Part shown: positions 40,901-53,400 of the stretch, piece after piece
Layout of the letters: the number at the start of each line of letters is the position of its first letter
How positions within the stretch are numbered: position 1 is the stretch's first letter
DNA from: Felis catus
Lineage: Eukaryota
Direction of reading: 5' to 3'
DNA length: 64,000 nucleotides
Assembly (NCBI RefSeq): GCF_018350175.1
Contig: NC_058382.1
Coordinates: forward strand, 42,718,001 to 42,782,000
The notes under the pieces: generated by a model
What the model was told of the DNA's origin: nothing
The model's database searches: none
The model's input: the letters and a program-made list of their open reading frames with translations, nothing else
Made by a program: the position numbers and the translations under genes

Positions 40901-42185
40901 TAGTACTGAGCTGAATTGGTGACTCCAGGTCATGCAAGTGGTGCGGGAGCAGCTGGCCCGCACGCTGGCCTTGAAGCCCAGCTCCCTGGAGCTTTTCCGA
41001 ACCAAGGTGAACGCACTCCCTTACGGGGAGGTCCTGCGGCTGAGACAGACAGAGCGGCTGCATCAGGAGGGCACACTGGCCCCTCCCATACTGTGAGTAG
41101 ATGGGAGTGGATCCCCGTCCTGGCTCCACCTTCCTTAGTGCCCATGGGCCTTGCCCCAGTCCCAGTCACCAAGCACCTCCTCCCCACCCCTGCCCCACCA
41201 GGGAGCTGCGGGAGAAGCTGAAGCCGGAACTCATGGGCCTGATCTGCCAGCAGCGTTTGCTCCGCCTCTGTGAGGGGACACTCTTCCGCAAGATCAGCAG
41301 CCGGCGACGCCAGGGTGGTTGAGGGGAGGGTGGGCAGAGAGTGGCTGGGTGGCTGGGTGGCTGGGTTGGGGTCAGGGCCCCTCTTGTCACTCCTTCCATC
41401 TTCCCTTTCTACCCACAGACAAGTTGTGGTTCTGCTGCCTGTCCCCTAACCACAAGGTGCTGCAGTATGGGGACGTGGAGGAGGGTTCCAGCCCACCCAC
41501 CCCTGAGAGCCTACCTGAGCAGCGTAAGAATGGGGCAAGGGTCAGGATCAGCCACCTGCTCTCCCCAGACCATGTCGCAGGACCACCTGGGTCCCAGTGA
41601 TCAGCCTAGCCTTCTTCCTGCAGTCCCTGTGGCTGATATCAAGGCACTGCTAACAGGCAAAGACTGCCCCCACGTCCGGGAGAAAGGCTCAGGGAAGCAG
41701 AACAAGGTGAGTGTAGTGGAAGACAGGGGCTCCTTCCCACCCACATCTGCCCTGCCCTGTTCCCTGCTCAGTGCTCTTAGCTCCCTGGCTTCCCCAGGAT
41801 CTCTATGAGTTAGCCTTCTCAGTCAGCTATGACCATGGGGAGGAGGAGGCATACCTCAACTTCATCGCCCCATCCAAACGGGAGGTAAGTGTCTGGGCCA
41901 GGCTGAGCTGAGTTGGGCAGATGGGCCGGGGAAGAGATGGGCAGGCCCTCACGGAGCTGGCCCTGTCCCCAGTTCCACCTGTGGACAGATGGGCTGAGCG
42001 CCCTGCTGGGAAGTCCCATGGGTAGTGAGCAGACTCGGCTGGACCTGGAACAGCTGTTGACGATGGAGACCAAGCTGCGGTTGTTGGAGCTGGAGAATGT
42101 GCCCATTCCTGAGCAGCCACCTCCCATCCCCCCGCCCCCCACCAATTTCAACTTCTGCTATGACTGCAGCATCCCTGAACCTTGA
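37922..42185 (+). CDS. ELMO3: Engulfment and cell motility protein 3, 720 aa
   Basis: 20 exons: 37922-37999, 38131-38171, 38272-38344, 38554-38604, 38789-38958, 39044-39143, 39236-39387, 39478-39556, 39685-39735, 39824-39946, 40043-40174, 40277-40378, 40481-40589, 40697-40833, 40929-41092, 41202-41314, 41419-41523, 41624-41706, 41798-41884, 41973-42185 (2163 nt). Starts [14 protein letters not shown]; C-terminal [22 protein letters not shown] at 42288-42293. Confidence 0.96.
40621..40695 (-). ncRNA. MIR328: pre-miR-328 hairpin; mature 3p at 40648-40627
   Basis: Minus strand contains CUGGCCCUCUCUGCCCUUCCGU (miR-328-3p as remembered). The complementary G-rich 5p arm GGGGGGCAGGAGGGGCUCAGGG lies at 40688-40667. 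Confidence 0.93.
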
Positions 42186-43099
42186 CAGTGAGGTTGGCCG
42201 TGGGCCACAGCTGCTGGCACTGCGGCAACCATGAAGGGCGGAGGGTGGAAAAGCCCAGACATCCGGACAAACAGAGGCTGCAGCAGAAATAAAGTCTGCT
42301 TGGCTCTTATGTATGTGTCGAGCCAGTTCTGAACCTGTGGGCCAAGCCTGCCTTCAAGCTTAGCTGGCAAATGAGATGGGGCATCAGGTCAAGGTCACTG
42401 CTTGGGGCCACAAACCTGGGGAGCCGTAGCTGAGGGTATTCTGCAGGAGGCTGGAGACAAGCTGGACCTATTGTCCTTCCACAAGATGAGTCCTCAGCCT
42501 TCCTGAGTGCTGGGCCTGCAGAGAGGGATGGCCTATGGTCTGGGGGGTCAGTTGAGGGACCTGTGGCAAGGCAGAAGGTGTTGTCCTAAGTGGATGCCTT
42601 CCTGGGCAACATGAGCAGGGGCCTAGTCTGAAAGCCATGTTTCTAAAAGGCTCCTAACAGTTTGAACTCAGTCCTCAGCCCTGGTTGGCCCTGCTCTTTG
42701 TCCTTTTCGAGGCCCTCTGGTGAGAGGCATGAAGGAATAGATGTGAAGCTGGGTCTGCTTTGTGCTGAAGGGCAAACTCAAGATTTCAAACCTGTCCCCT
42801 GGTGGTGGAAGGATGTGTTGATTCTGATGAGGGAATTCAGTGCAAGCCTTGCATTCTGATTCAAATCCACTGCAGCAGCAGGGTGTGGTGGTGGCCACGG
42901 ACAGGCAAGACCACTGGGGACAGAAAGTGGTGAGGGGTATTGGGCCCAGCTGGAGGTCAATCTCAGAGGCTAGCACACCAACCCACAGGGCAGGCTGAAA
43001 GCTGCCACCACTCTGACCTTCTCCGTGCCTCTCACTACCACTATTTCTCAACACCATCTCAGTACCTTTTTAACAGTATTGACCATCAACATGTTACCT

Positions 43100-43900
43100 T
43101 GAAAACTGATGAAATGGCATCTCTTTGGAGAATGTGCTGGGAGAGCACCTGCTTCTGACTCAGGCCTCCAGGGCCCAACATGCCCACTCCTACATTCAGA
43201 GACTTCCCACCACAGTTGGAATAGTTCAACTTGCTATTGAGTTCAAAATGAAAATCGAGGTCAGGATCCCAGATGCAGTTAAGCCTTCTAATAGCATCAG
43301 TTCCTCCTCCCCAATGTCTCCACTCCTTTGTCCAGGCCACCAACATCTTGGCAAGAATCTCCTGACTTCCTGCCTTGCTCCTCTGGTCCTCAATACCCCA
43401 AGTCTTTCTCAAACATGAAGTTGATCTGATAATACACTCACATGCACACTACCCCCAACCTGTATTTTTCAGTGCCTCCCTGTTGTCCATGGGATGATGG
43501 TCACAGTTTCCCAACTGAGCGGAGTTGAGCTAAGATGGGCTGCAGACACGTGGTTTATGCCATCTAATAAAAGGCCTGTGGCTTGCAGAGTTCTCTGTGC
43601 TTGATCCAAGCTGGCATCCTCCCTGCATCCTGTGAGACCCGCCCTTTCCTCCCCAGTGCCAGCTCTGGCCTGCACTGTGCATTTCCCTGGTCCTTTCTGA
43701 TTGCCCTCTTCCTTCCCTTCTGCTCGCTTTTCACTGCCTTGAGTCTTTCCTTGATCTCCCAGGGTATGTTCATTGCTCCCCTGTGCTCCCAGTTCCAGGT
43801 GCTTCTCTATTTATGCATGCCCTGCACACTGGACTGTCCCTGTCTGTTGGCTAATTTGCCTCCCCCAGTGACCGGGGCGCTGGGAAAGCTTTGGCACCTC
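43100..43900 (+). mobile_element. degenerate L2 fragments between ELMO3 and FBXL9
   Basis: L2-like pyrimidine-rich text (CAAACATGAAGTTGATCTG..., CCCAACCTGTATTTTTCAG..., CACTGGACTGTCCCTG). Boundaries approximate. Confidence 0.45.
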
Positions 43901-44915
43901 TGAATCCCCACATAAAGTACAGTGCTGCAGGCACTCAGGCAGCCATGCTAGCTGTTCCTAGAACTGATGGATAGATGGACAAAGTGTGGTTGGACACATG
44001 AAGGGCCAAGTGGCTTCTCAGAGCTGCTGTTGAGAAGTCACTGGCACTGTTTAGGAGGTTGGACTAGATGCCCTCTAATGACCCTTCCAAGCCAGAGATC
44101 CTGTCCTCTCTTTTTTTCTTTCTGAAGACCACTGCATCCTTAATCATTGTGCTCCTCGGGTCTGTCTGGGATGTGCGTTTCCTGCAAGACATGCTTGGAG
44201 GCTCATGCTGGGAGAGGCCTCCAGGCTTCTAGTCTCCAACCATGTTGGGGAAGAAGTTAGGACTTGCTGGTGGTGCCTGTGGTGCTTTAGGTCAGGTGTA
44301 AGGAAGAAATTGTCTATGCGCCTCTGGTGTTTTGTCCACGTTGTCCCTGGGCTAGGCTGGGCTGCTTCAACTGAGGTAGGGAGGGGAGGGAGCCCTTTAG
44401 CCTGAGAACTTCAGACAAGGAGGTAAGATCTGGAATTTTTAATCTTGTTTGAGTTTACAACAAAGTCTGTGGTTTGGCTGCTAAAACTCCGTGCTGGTAA
44501 GGGCTGGGAGAGCTCCTTATAGGGAACAAGGTGAGGCACAGGCCTTAGGTGTGAGAAGTGGGCAGGGCAAGCGGCACAAGGTCGGCTCCTCCCCAACATC
44601 AGAGGCATCCCACCTGTGGGCCTGGCCTCTGGACCTAGGCCTGGTCAGGAGAGCAGGAGCTGGCATTTCTATGGGCCTGTGACAGCAGCCTATAGCTGGA
44701 AGAGGCGCTTGCTGGGCTGTAGGGCAGACTGGAGCAGGAAGCCCCTTGTGCTGCCCCAGATTAGTTCTATCCCCAGTCCTAGAAAAGGAGTTTGTAGCTT
44801 GGGGTATGCGGCAGAGGAGGGTAGGAGGCATTCGGTCAAACTCCAGGTCAAGAGGTCAGGGCTGGGGACTCAGGGCAATGGAGGCTGAGCCAAAGGGTTG
44901 GTTACTGACCTGCCC

Positions 44916-47900
44916 CTAGAGCGTCAAGGTCAGGTCAGCCCCTCCCACGAAGCGGGACTGGATGCAGGCCACCTGGGGCAGTTGGGCTTGGAAGTGCCTG
45001 ATGGCAGCCATGCTGATACCAGGGCACATGGACACATCTAACATCCGGAGCTGCTTGCACGCCTGCCCAATGGTATCCAGAGTTCTGTGGGGAGGCCTCC
45101 AGTGAGTGCCTGACCTGGCATGGGGACCCAGCCCAGCCCCTGTACTGACTTGTGGCATCATCAGACAACTCACTGCTCTGTGAGCTGACTGCAGCTGGAT
45201 AGGTTGAGGTGCCGCAGCCTCGGCCAGGAGCTGGCTGCCTGGGCCCAGCCCTCATCACTGAGGAGGCTGCAGTGACTCAGCACCAAGTGCTCCAGGCTGG
45301 GGCAGCCCTTGGCCACAGCCACCAAACCCTTGTCTGTGAGTGCTGGCAACAGGCTCAGTGACAGTTGCTTCAGCTGGGGGAACTGGAGCACCTGCAAGGA
45401 TGGGGTGAGGAGTGGGAGGGTATGATAGGGCACTGGAGCCCAGGGCTCTTCCCCCCACCCCCCAGCCAGAGGTAGCAGAAGCCAAAGAGAATGGAACTTC
45501 TTCCAAGCAAAGAGTGGGTTGGCCTGGGCCTGGGTCTAGTGCCAGGATCATCAGCCTATCCACACCTCCAGTCCCAATCCCACACCTTGGCCAAACTGGC
45601 ATCAGTTAGCTTGCTGCAGGCTGTGAGGTCCAACTCCTGCAAGGCCCGCAGCATGAGCAGGGAAGGGCCCTGTGGCTGGGGAGGCTCCTTGGGGCCTGAG
45701 GCCTGATGCTCCAACTCTTGATGTAGCTGTGGGAAGAGGCTCCTGCTTCTCAGGTTCCTCCTGAGTTTGGCCCTCAAATGGTCCTAGAGAGACATTCAGG
45801 AGGGGCGGGGGGTGGGGGTGGGTAGCTGAATCCAGGGACCGCCCCCGCCTTCCATGACCTGCACCTGGGGCTCCTGTGTAGGCTCTTCACTTGGTTCCCC
45901 CAGCCCCAGAAGTCCCCAGTCTTGGAGCTCCTTGCACCAGGCCAGGCGCAGGACTGAAAGGTGGGTTAGGTAGGCACAGATGGCCTGCAGGGTCCTGTTG
46001 GTGAGGGCCACACAGGAAGATAAGTCTAGCACCCTGAGGCTTGGGCTCAGCACTGAGATCAGGGAGAGCACTGAGGCATCCTAGGAGGGAAGTGGAGAAG
46101 GGAGAGAGCAATGAGCAGGTGACTTCTGCAAGGGTCCCTATGCAGGTTCTACTCAAGATTCCAGCCCCACAGGCAACAGAGAGCTACCAGTGGGTCCATA
46201 GAGGGAAGCAACAATGTCCCTGTGTTGGTGAAAGGTAGGGACACCAGGAGGAGTTTGCTGGAGGACAAAGGCCTAGATTGTCTGGGGCAGGAAGGATGCA
46301 GGTGGAAGTTTCTAAAGTATCTGCCCTGCCTGTACTCCAGGCCCCTCCTGAAGGTGTGGGCTGAGGCAGCCCTCTGACCACAGCTTATTGGACCCTCATT
46401 GGACATCTGACCCTAGCTGAGCCAGTCAGGTATGCTCCCTCTAGAATGTGAAGCAGAACTCTGAGGTCACTGTGGGGGTAGGGCTGCCACCTGCCAGAAG
46501 CAGGAGCTAAGGGCAGAGTAGAGGAAGCTGGTTTGTAAAGAGATGCAGAGATACGTGGGAGAGCTGATAAAGAGACACATGGCGGTAACAGGAAGACAGA
46601 GTGGGGCAGGGCAAGAGAAGCACTTGTGGGGGAAAGGAGACGGTGTTCAGGTTGGAATGCCCTGGGTACATTGACAGTTTGAAGGAACGATCCACTAAAG
46701 AGGGAGAGACTGATATTGCCAAGTTAGGGATGCCACCCAGAGGGACAGGGCTGAGTCCTAATGAACGGCTGCAGCCAAGAAATGACCCTGTGACACATCA
46801 TATTACCTCTGTCAGGCCCTGCCTGAGCAACCTCCCTGTGTAACCTCGATGCCCATTCCCTGCAGACCCCTTCTTTCATCTTTTCTGCCTCCAGAACGAA
46901 CACCTGCACTCAGTCCCCCTACCCAGACTGCCCGGGTCACCGAGCACTTTGCATATGAGGTGTGTGCCACCTTGTGGGCTGGGCCAGCCTGGTGTCCTGG
47001 ACCTCCCTCCATGCAGGCACACGGTAGGGGCTGAGCGGGGGAGTGCTGGCAGCAGCACTGCCTGTCCAGGCTCCTTTCCCCTTGTGTCCTAAGTTCTGTT
47101 CTCACTACTGTTCCTTGGACATAAACATTGAGCAGTTCCTCCCTGCTGCCACATGTGCAACTCCCCCAGCCACAGCCCTGGAGAGGAAGGAAGGAGATGG
47201 TGTGCTCACCTTGAGTGAGGCGCAGTAGGCCAGGCTGAGGGAGGCCAGTGGGGCTGGAGCTCTGTGCCCTGAACCCAGGGCCTGAGCCAGGCCCCACCCA
47301 CTCACCAGGCAGCACTCTGCCAGGTCCAAGATCTGCAGCTCCTGCAGGCCCCCCAGGGCCGTACATCCTGCGTCTGTCAGCCGCTGCAGCTTCCTCAGGC
47401 TGAGGCGCTGCAGGTGCCCCAGGCCCCGGCTTATGGCCACGAGTGCCCCGTCAGCCAGTCCTGAGCAGCCGCCGAGGTCCAGGGAGATCAGGCCCGATTG
47501 CAGGCGGCAAAGGGCAGCCACAGCCTCTGTGGAGAGGTCCTGGCAGCCATTCAGGCTCAGTTCCTGCAGCTGCAGCCCAGCCACCTGACCCAGGGCCTGC
47601 AGGGCCTCAGGGAGCAAGCCAGTGCCACTCAGGTCCAGGGCATGCAGCCTACCAGCCCTTTCCTTCACGAACCGCAGCAGGTTGTGGAAGGAGAGTTGGG
47701 AGGGAGAGGAGTCTTGGGGGCCAAGGGAGCCCCAGGCTGGGCCTAATTCAAAGGTGAGGTGACAGTAGGCCAAGGAGAGGCGCTCCAAGCTTGGGGCACA
47801 GCTGCTGAGCCGGTTGAAGCTGAGGTCGGTCAGGTCCCACAGGCCAGCCAAGTTGAGCTCACAGAGGCCACTCAACACCTGCTGGACCCGCTGTGCCGTC

Positions 47901-50353
47901 TCGGGCTGAGCTAGTAGCATACCCGATGTGAAGAGGCTGTTGCAGCCACTGAGGTCAAGGATACGCAGGGCTGGGCAGCCTAGGATCAGGGCCACAAAGG
48001 CGGCCTCCGAGGGGCTGCCCCCACTGAGGCACAAGCTCTGCAGATGCGGGCCCAAGTGGTAGGCAACACACTCCAGCACCTCATGCGAAGCTGGTGAGTC
48101 ATCCAGGTTGGTCAGGCTGATGCAGGTGATGCCCCTGAGGCCCAGGCTCTTGATGGCCGGGAGGGAGGCAGAGGACACAGGGATGTTGTACTGCACATTG
48201 GTCTAAGGGGCAGCAATAGGACTGGGGTTAGCCCTCTGGCTTCAGAGAGGGTTGGCCATCAGGTCTCTGAAGCCAGAGATCAGGGAAGGACCCTGTCACA
48301 ATGGAGACCGCTGTGCTGTGCGGTGTCATGTGTGGTCGAAGGGGACAAGTCACTCTGGGGCTCAAAGGGGATGACTTGAGGGGAGGGCAGAAAGGTTAGT
48401 GATGGATGGGACTGGATGCCTACAGAGGGGTGGGGCATTGGCATGCTGGGGACAGGGGGCTGGGGGTGGCCTAGAGGAGAGCCAGTGAAGCCCCCAGGAG
48501 GCAGAAGGACAAAGTATGATAGATCCCAAACTTTGGGCCTTTCAGAAGGTGGCCCTGAGACCCACAGACTCAGCTCCTACTCCAGAGAGTCAGAGCTCAG
48601 CATTAGCTAAGCAACCAGCCTCCTTCGCTTTCTCGAGCATATAAATAGCCCTCAGAACAGCCGAAGGCAGTAAGAAGCAAAGCAATTGTCACCACCACGC
48701 CCTGGCTGGCCCAGGTGCCAGAAGTCTAGGGCAGGCAGTGAGGCCTTGGTCCCCTGGTGGCTTTAGTATCTTAGCCACATGAATGTTTGCAAAAATGGGT
48801 TTTGTGTGTCAGCAAAAATGTGTGCATACATGTGTGCATATGTGTGTGTGCACCAACATGTGTGGGTCCTGCAGGTTCCAGAGTTCAAGATGTGCTTGAG
48901 ATCCCTGGGGTTCATCTCTGGAGTGTCCATCTTCTTTGTCCAGGTAAGGAAGGAGAAGTCTCCTATTTCTGTGGTCAGAAGCTAAGAGAATGAATCTTGT
49001 GGTGCCAAGAAAGTGGGGCTGGCCCTGCTGTGGAGGAACAGGGGAGAGTGGAGAGTCCATGGCTGGTGTGGGGTGGAGCTCAGAGGCGAGCTCAGGGTTA
49101 AGTCAGGAGAACAGGCTGGCTTGCGTAGACATTTGGGGAGTCCCAGTTTTCACAGAAACTTCCCTGATTTTGTGCCAAAGGGAAGTTGGGACAGGTCTGT
49201 GAGGAACAGGTATGGGGGAGGTTTTTTCTACCTTTGATGGAAGCCCAGGGTGCAGGCAAGCAGTACTCAAAAGCTCTTGCTTTAATCCATCAACATGATC
49301 CCAATGCAGGAAAGCAAGCTCTCTAAAAAACCTGTCCTGTAAGTTACTGCAAGAACAAACGATGTTCCCCACTTCTACCCCACAGAATATCATCAAAAGG
49401 AAGTCAGAAAGGTAGAAATGACACATAATACACACTCCTACAAGACACTTATTACAGGATTCTCCCAGGAAGACACATGAAACTCATTCCCGGGTACAGA
49501 AACTAGGCCGGCTTCTGTCACAGAGAGAAACAGATACCTATGGCTGTCATCATGGGAAGGAGTGTGTGGTGAGAAATGGGGGCCTGGGGCACCTGGCTGG
49601 CTCAATCGGCAGAGCACGTGACTCTGGATCTCAGGGTCATGAGTTCAAGCCCCACTTTGGGCATGGAGCCTAAAAGGGAGGGAAGGGAAGGGAAGAAATG
49701 GGGGCCGGCTCCTGACTACTTCCACGGGAATCAGGGGTCAAACCGGGCTCCCTGTCCAGATCCCATTCCAGGAATGTAGGGATTGTGGGCCAGAGGATCA
49801 CTTCCCACAGCCCCCTCTCGTGGACACTGGGAGACAATGGAGTAGCGGGAACCCCAAGGGCCTGCGTTCTTCTCTAAGATTTAAGGAGAGTGGGAAGATC
49901 CCACTGGGTGGGGAAGGTGATACAAAATGATGAAAAGAGCAGGGAGAAAAGGTTCTAGAAGAGAATGGTAAAGCAGACCACCAGCCATTTGAAAGCCCTG
50001 CCTGACAGAGGAAGCATTCTGATGATGAAGAGTATGCTGTGGCTGCCAAGCACAGAGCAGGGCTGGCTGCCGAGGCAGTACTACCTCCACCTTCACATCT
50101 TGTGCCCCCACCCTCCCACCCCCAGGGGCCTGCCGTAGTCCTTGTTTCTCTTGCTTCCTGAGCCTTGGCAGCCAGGAATATTCTCATGTTCTTCCCTCTC
50201 CCACAACCTCCCTATGAACAGGCAGATGAACAGCTGAGGGGGGGCAATGGTAGTCAGCCTAGAGTCCAAGTCCAGGGTTGGTTGGTGGCAATAAAACCCA
50301 TCAAATAAAGGCACAGGACCTGATGTAAAGCAGGTCTTAGCAGCTACTGGGAG

Positions 50354-50404
<51 letters not shown>

Positions 50405-53400
50405 GAGATTTAAGACCGCCTCCTTGCTCCCCACTGTTTTTCTTGGTGGTGTGGGGGCAGCCTCTAAGCCATCACCCAGGTGGTCTGCCTTAGACTCAAA
50501 GTGCAGGTGCCCAGGAGCAGCCTTTTAGTGATATTTTTCATTTGTGGGGAGCAGAGCAGCAGACAGAAGAAGCAGGCTCCTGGATTCTGGTCTTTAGCCC
50601 CAGTGTAGGAAGGTACCCTTCCTAGGCCCTAGGAAGATGCTTCTAGAGGTCCAAAGGAGGACTGCAAGCATATCTGCTCTAGTTCCAGCTGCCTCATCCA
50701 CAAAGGAGCCAACTAAGCCCCATGTCCTTTTTTCACAATGCTGGCATCTTAACAGTCAATGCCAAGTCATTTGGAAAATGCCCTAAATCTGCTAAAAGGG
50801 GCACATATCCCTTGACTGTGAGAGGCCAAGACTTCATTGTACCTAATGAAGCCCTGAGCTGAAACTTCAGGCTTGTGGGCAAGATTGGAAACCCATCTGA
50901 TAGAGAAATGGCTCTCCCATCTGCTGGCATAGGGATCCCAAACGGCATGCTGTTCTCCAGAAGAAAGTATATGCTCTGGCACCCAGGGGCTTTGGTCTAT
51001 AGAGAGGAGCTAGACCTTGGGGGTCATTTCCAGAGGCTCCTGGGGACCTTTATAAACACCCCAAGCAAGAGAAGGCAGTGGAGGGCAGAAGCTGAGCTGT
51101 CCTGAGTTCTTCACAGAGACCAACCCAGTGGCAGGCAACCAGACTCTCACTGGAATGGGCAGATCCTGTGTTGGGGGGAGGGCAGGGGGGCACTGCCTTT
51201 GTCTACCTTCTTATTTGAGAAAAACTGGGATTAAGTGGGGGTAGGTCAGGGAGAATAACAAGTCATCAATCCAGCATCCTAGCTTGGCCTGATGAGGCAT
51301 GAACGAACCCCAGTCATGCTTTGGTGAACCAGTATCTTTGGTAGCACATACTAGCAGGGGGCGCTGCTTCCTTATCAACCTGCCCACATATGAGCCCTGG
51401 AAGATGGTTCCTGACAATGAATTCTGAAAATTGCTCTCTGGGACATGGTTGTGGTGGGATGTCAGCAGAACCCTAGATGCCATGTACCTGTGGCCTGGCC
51501 TTCCAGTGCTCCCAGCCCGGGTGGGGCTGAGTTTTGCAGAGCCACCAAATAGGTCTTTGTCAGCATCCCATCTAGGCCTCATAGTTAGCTGGAGGAGCCC
51601 CAGTGCTGAGATGGTGGATTCTACGATCTCAAACTCTGCCCTGGCCTCTTTCTCCTCACTCCCTTATCCTATTCTAATCTATTCCTTCCTGACTGCCCAC
51701 TTTTCTTCTCCTGCCCTCTCCTTATTTGCTGGACTCAAAGAACCTCTGCCCTGATTACTTCTCCTTGGGGTCCTGTGGCCCTGCCTGCCATGCTGCCATG
51801 CCCATTCTTCTTGCCCCCAGCCCTGCCAGGGACTATGAGACTGCTGCCTCCTCTGGGTCTATGCTGGGAGTACAGAATTCTGCCTGTGGAAGCCACAGTC
51901 TCCCCTCTTGCCTCCCCCACTGCCACCTCCTCCCCACCTTCTGGCTCTCTTCTCATCCCTCTCAAGGTTTCTCTCCATGCCCACCATTCTCTCCAGCCCC
52001 TGACACAAATGCACCACCCTCCCCTCACTCCAACCTTCCCAGAGATGACCTGTTGTGTTTCAGAGAGAAGCCAAAGCCATCAGGTGGGAAGGCCCTCCCT
52101 TTGCCCTGTTCATATTCACCAGTTGTCAGGACCCATCCTAATCTCCTTCCCTCTCTTGCTCCTAATCCCCTTCTCTGGGCCTACTGGGCCTGCCCCACCT
52201 TCTTCCATAGTAACCCGCAGTCCACTGCTCCTTCCTCAGTTTACAAATGCCCCAGAGTCACAAAAAAGGCCTCCCTTGATCCTGCCTCCCTCTCCTCATT
52301 ACTCTTGCTTCTCCCCTTTCCTCTGACGTCAGGTCTCTTGGAAGCATGTGGGCACACCTATACCTGAGCTAGCCGCCTTTTTACCCCTTGCCTCACCCAC
52401 TTACCCCTCCCATCCAGCAAGGTCATCAACACCTGGGGCCTCCTCTCAGACCTCCTACAAGTGTCCTTTCTGCCATGCCACCTGCTGTGTATGGCCAGTT
52501 TCCTCCATGCTATGTCCCACTGGGGGCTCTGTGGCTCTGCCTGCCTGGCTCTCCTCCTACTGTCTAGCCTGTTTCCCATCAGCCTCTTTTGGGGTCACCA
52601 AAGAAGAGAGACAGTGAGTTCCTCATGGTATGTTCCACCCCACCACACACACACACACACGTACGTGCACACACTCTCTGCTGTCCTCCCGGTGCGCCCT
52701 GGCAGACTGCACTTCATCCCAGTCCAACTACTTTATCTGCGGACCCTGGGAATTAGTTACCCGATGGAACTTGCCAGATACACAGGTGTAACATGACCAC
52801 GTCTGAATTCACTGTCTTATCCCCCACTGATGCCCCTTTTTCTTAACTCTTAGTGCCCTCTACCAAGTCACCCAAGTCAGAGATCTGGGAGCCATTCTAG
52901 ACCCTTCTCTCACACTCCACATTCATGGTGACCAAAGTCCCTTCCATCTTATCTCTCTGACACACTGTACCATGCATGTCCCTCTGCTTCTGCCTCATAG
53001 CTTGTGCCCTAGATCAGGTTCCTGTATTGTCTCTCAGAAATACTTTACAGCAGTTGTCCCCTTTTGAAGGTCCTGGCCCTCAGTCTTTCTGGCTCCATTC
53101 TAGTCTTGGTACTGTCTCCAGGTGATCCTTATAAAAGGCAAATTGACCATGCTCTTCAGACCCCTTGAAGGTTCTCTACTCCATGCGACAGAGGCTGAGC
53201 TTCTCTGCCAGCACTGGAGCCCTGCCTACTTCTTTGCGCCCAGCTTTCCCACACCTGCCCCCGCTCCCCCTCCCTCCCGCCCCCAGCCCTGGCTCTGGGA
53301 ATGGCACTTCTTATTGGTGCCTCATGGTGCCATGCCTCCACTTGGCTGCTTTTTCTGTTTGGTTGTAGTGATGAGTGTGAGGGTTGTCTCACCTCTCACC

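Noticed and set aside
40380-41129. 249-aa minus-strand ORF spanning MIR328
   Set aside because: Antisense to ELMO3 exons and introns with no recognisable protein. A pri-miRNA peptide cannot be supported from sequence alone.
48990-52800. ORFs of 70-213 aa in FBXL9 intron 2, examined as a possible nested gene or retrocopy
   Set aside because: No homology recognised, no coherent exon chain or poly(A)+TSD signature, and several overlap L2 remnants. A tblastx/PhyloCSF scan would be decisive.
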